From IMG/VR virus record IMGVR_UViG_3300031922_000068, positions 1-25,727 of that record: a DNA stretch of 25,727 nucleotides, one strand, 5' to 3'. This DNA is from a virus (Duplodnaviria > Caudoviricetes). How positions within the stretch are numbered: the first letter of the stretch is position 1; every line of letters starts with the position of its first letter. The position numbers and the translations under genes were made by a program. This document shows, in pieces, positions 24,777 to 25,727 of this stretch. Below the pieces are notes generated by a model. That model was not told the DNA's origin and searched no databases. It saw only the letters and a list, made by a program, of their open reading frames with translations.

Positions 24777-25532
24777 ATGTCCCGCACCATCGCCGACGTT
24801 GGCCTGCAGCTGCTGATCGAGTTCGAGGGCTTCCGCGCTCAGGCGTATCAGTGCCCGGCCGGCGTATGGACGATCGGCTACGGCTTCACCCGCGGCGTGC
24901 AGCCCGGCGACGTGATCACCCGCGCCGAGGCCGACGCGCGCCTGGGCCTTGAGGTCGCCGAGTTTGCCGAAGGCGTCGCCCGCCTGCTGAAGCGCGAGGC
25001 CAACGAGCACGAGTTCGCGGCGATGGTGGTGTTGGCCTTCAACATCGGCCTCGCCGGCTTCGCACGGTCGACCGTGTTGCGCGCCCACAACGCGGGCAAC
25101 GCTGAGGCCGCAGCTCGCGCGTTCGCTCTCTGGAACAAGGCAGGTGGCAAGGTGCTGCGCGGGCTCACGCGCCGCCGCGCCGCGGAGGCCGCGCTGTACC
25201 TGAAGCCGGTGCGCCTGCAGATCCCGCTGGCCGTCGTCGAACGCGGCACCTTGCGCGTGCCCGAGATCGAGCCCGAGCTCGACCTCGACGACGCCATGCC
25301 GCAGCGCATCGACCCGGAGCGCTCGCTCGGCCAGTCCAACATCCTGCGTGGCGGTGCCGTCGCGGGCGGCGTCTCCGGCCTGACGCTCGCGGCCGAAGGT
25401 GCCCGCGCCGTCGGCGACATCCGCTTCAGCCTGGGCGACTGGCTGCCCTACGCGGCGCTGGGCATCGTCGTCATCGCCGCCGGCTGGATCATCTTCGAGC
25501 GCTGGAAACAGCGCCGAGGGGGCTGGGCGTGA
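24777..25532 (+). CDS. GH24 phage lysozyme with C-terminal transmembrane segments
   Basis: FEGFRAQAYQCPAGVWTIGYGFT, AFNIG, WNKAGGKVLRGLTRRRAAEAALY; hydrophobic C-terminus. Confidence 0.92.
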   Translation: MSRTIADVGLQLLIEFEGFRAQAYQCPAGVWTIGYGFTRGVQPGDVITRAEADARLGLEVAEFAEGVARLLKREANEHEFAAMVVLAFNIGLAGFARSTVLRAHNAGNAEAAARAFALWNKAGGKVLRGLTRRRAAEAALYLKPVRLQIPLAVVERGTLRVPEIEPELDLDDAMPQRIDPERSLGQSNILRGGAVAGGVSGLTLAAEGARAVGDIRFSLGDWLPYAALGIVVIAAGWIIFERWKQRRGGWA

Positions 25533-25727
25533 TCGGCGCGTTGGTGGGGCGCGCCGTCACGCCGAAGCTTCTCGGCGGCCTGCTGCTCGCCTGGGCGGTC
25601 TCCCTCGCGCTGCTCTGGGCCTTCATGGCCGGGCAGGCGGGCAGCGCTGCGACCGCCGCCGCGGCCGAAGCCAAGGGGAAGGCCGAAACCGCATGCGCCG
25701 CCGCGCAGGCCCTTGCCGCAGAGCGCG
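25529..25727 (+). CDS. Probable i-spanin (Rz-like), truncated by the window end
   Basis: GTGA coupling to the lysozyme; N-terminal TM helix followed by an Ala-rich helix. Confidence 0.55.
   Translation, partial: MIGALVGRAVTPKLLGGLLLAWAVSLALLWAFMAGQAGSAATAAAAEAKGKAETACAAAQALAAER

Larger units (their letters stand above)
1..25727. mobile_element. Temperate phage genome segment (P2-like contractile tail, lambda-like terminase and cos, tRNA-Lys-targeting integrase), probably circular/excised form
   Basis: Continuous phage gene content with no recognisable host gene; attP and cos both lie inside the window. Confidence 0.95.

Overview
High-GC temperate phage genome segment. It contains both an intact attP (3' half of tRNA-Lys(TTT) with arm-type repeats on both sides) and an intact lambda-like cos junction, so it probably represents the excised, circular form. 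Gene order: P2-like contractile tail module (sheath, tube, E/E' chaperone, tape measure, U, X, D); a five-gene accessory fibre-like module; attP; tyrosine integrase and DUF4224 Xis candidate; leftward early genes with an antirepressor; immunity region; TraR-like zinc finger; primase; VapE helicase; iteron origin; cos; Nu1/GpA terminase; Mor-like late activator; inverted DUF4160/DUF2442 toxin-antitoxin pair; membrane-anchored lysozyme; partial spanin. The best candidate for an undescribed system is a HipA-like kinase plus DUF3037 gene pair overlapping the end of the repressor gene, in the position rexAB occupy in lambda. Much of the cis-regulatory circuit can be read from the sequence: TTAGG-N5-CCTAA operators, a shared 16-bp late-promoter element and probable leaderless transcripts. 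Family assignments come from motif recognition only; no database searches were run.
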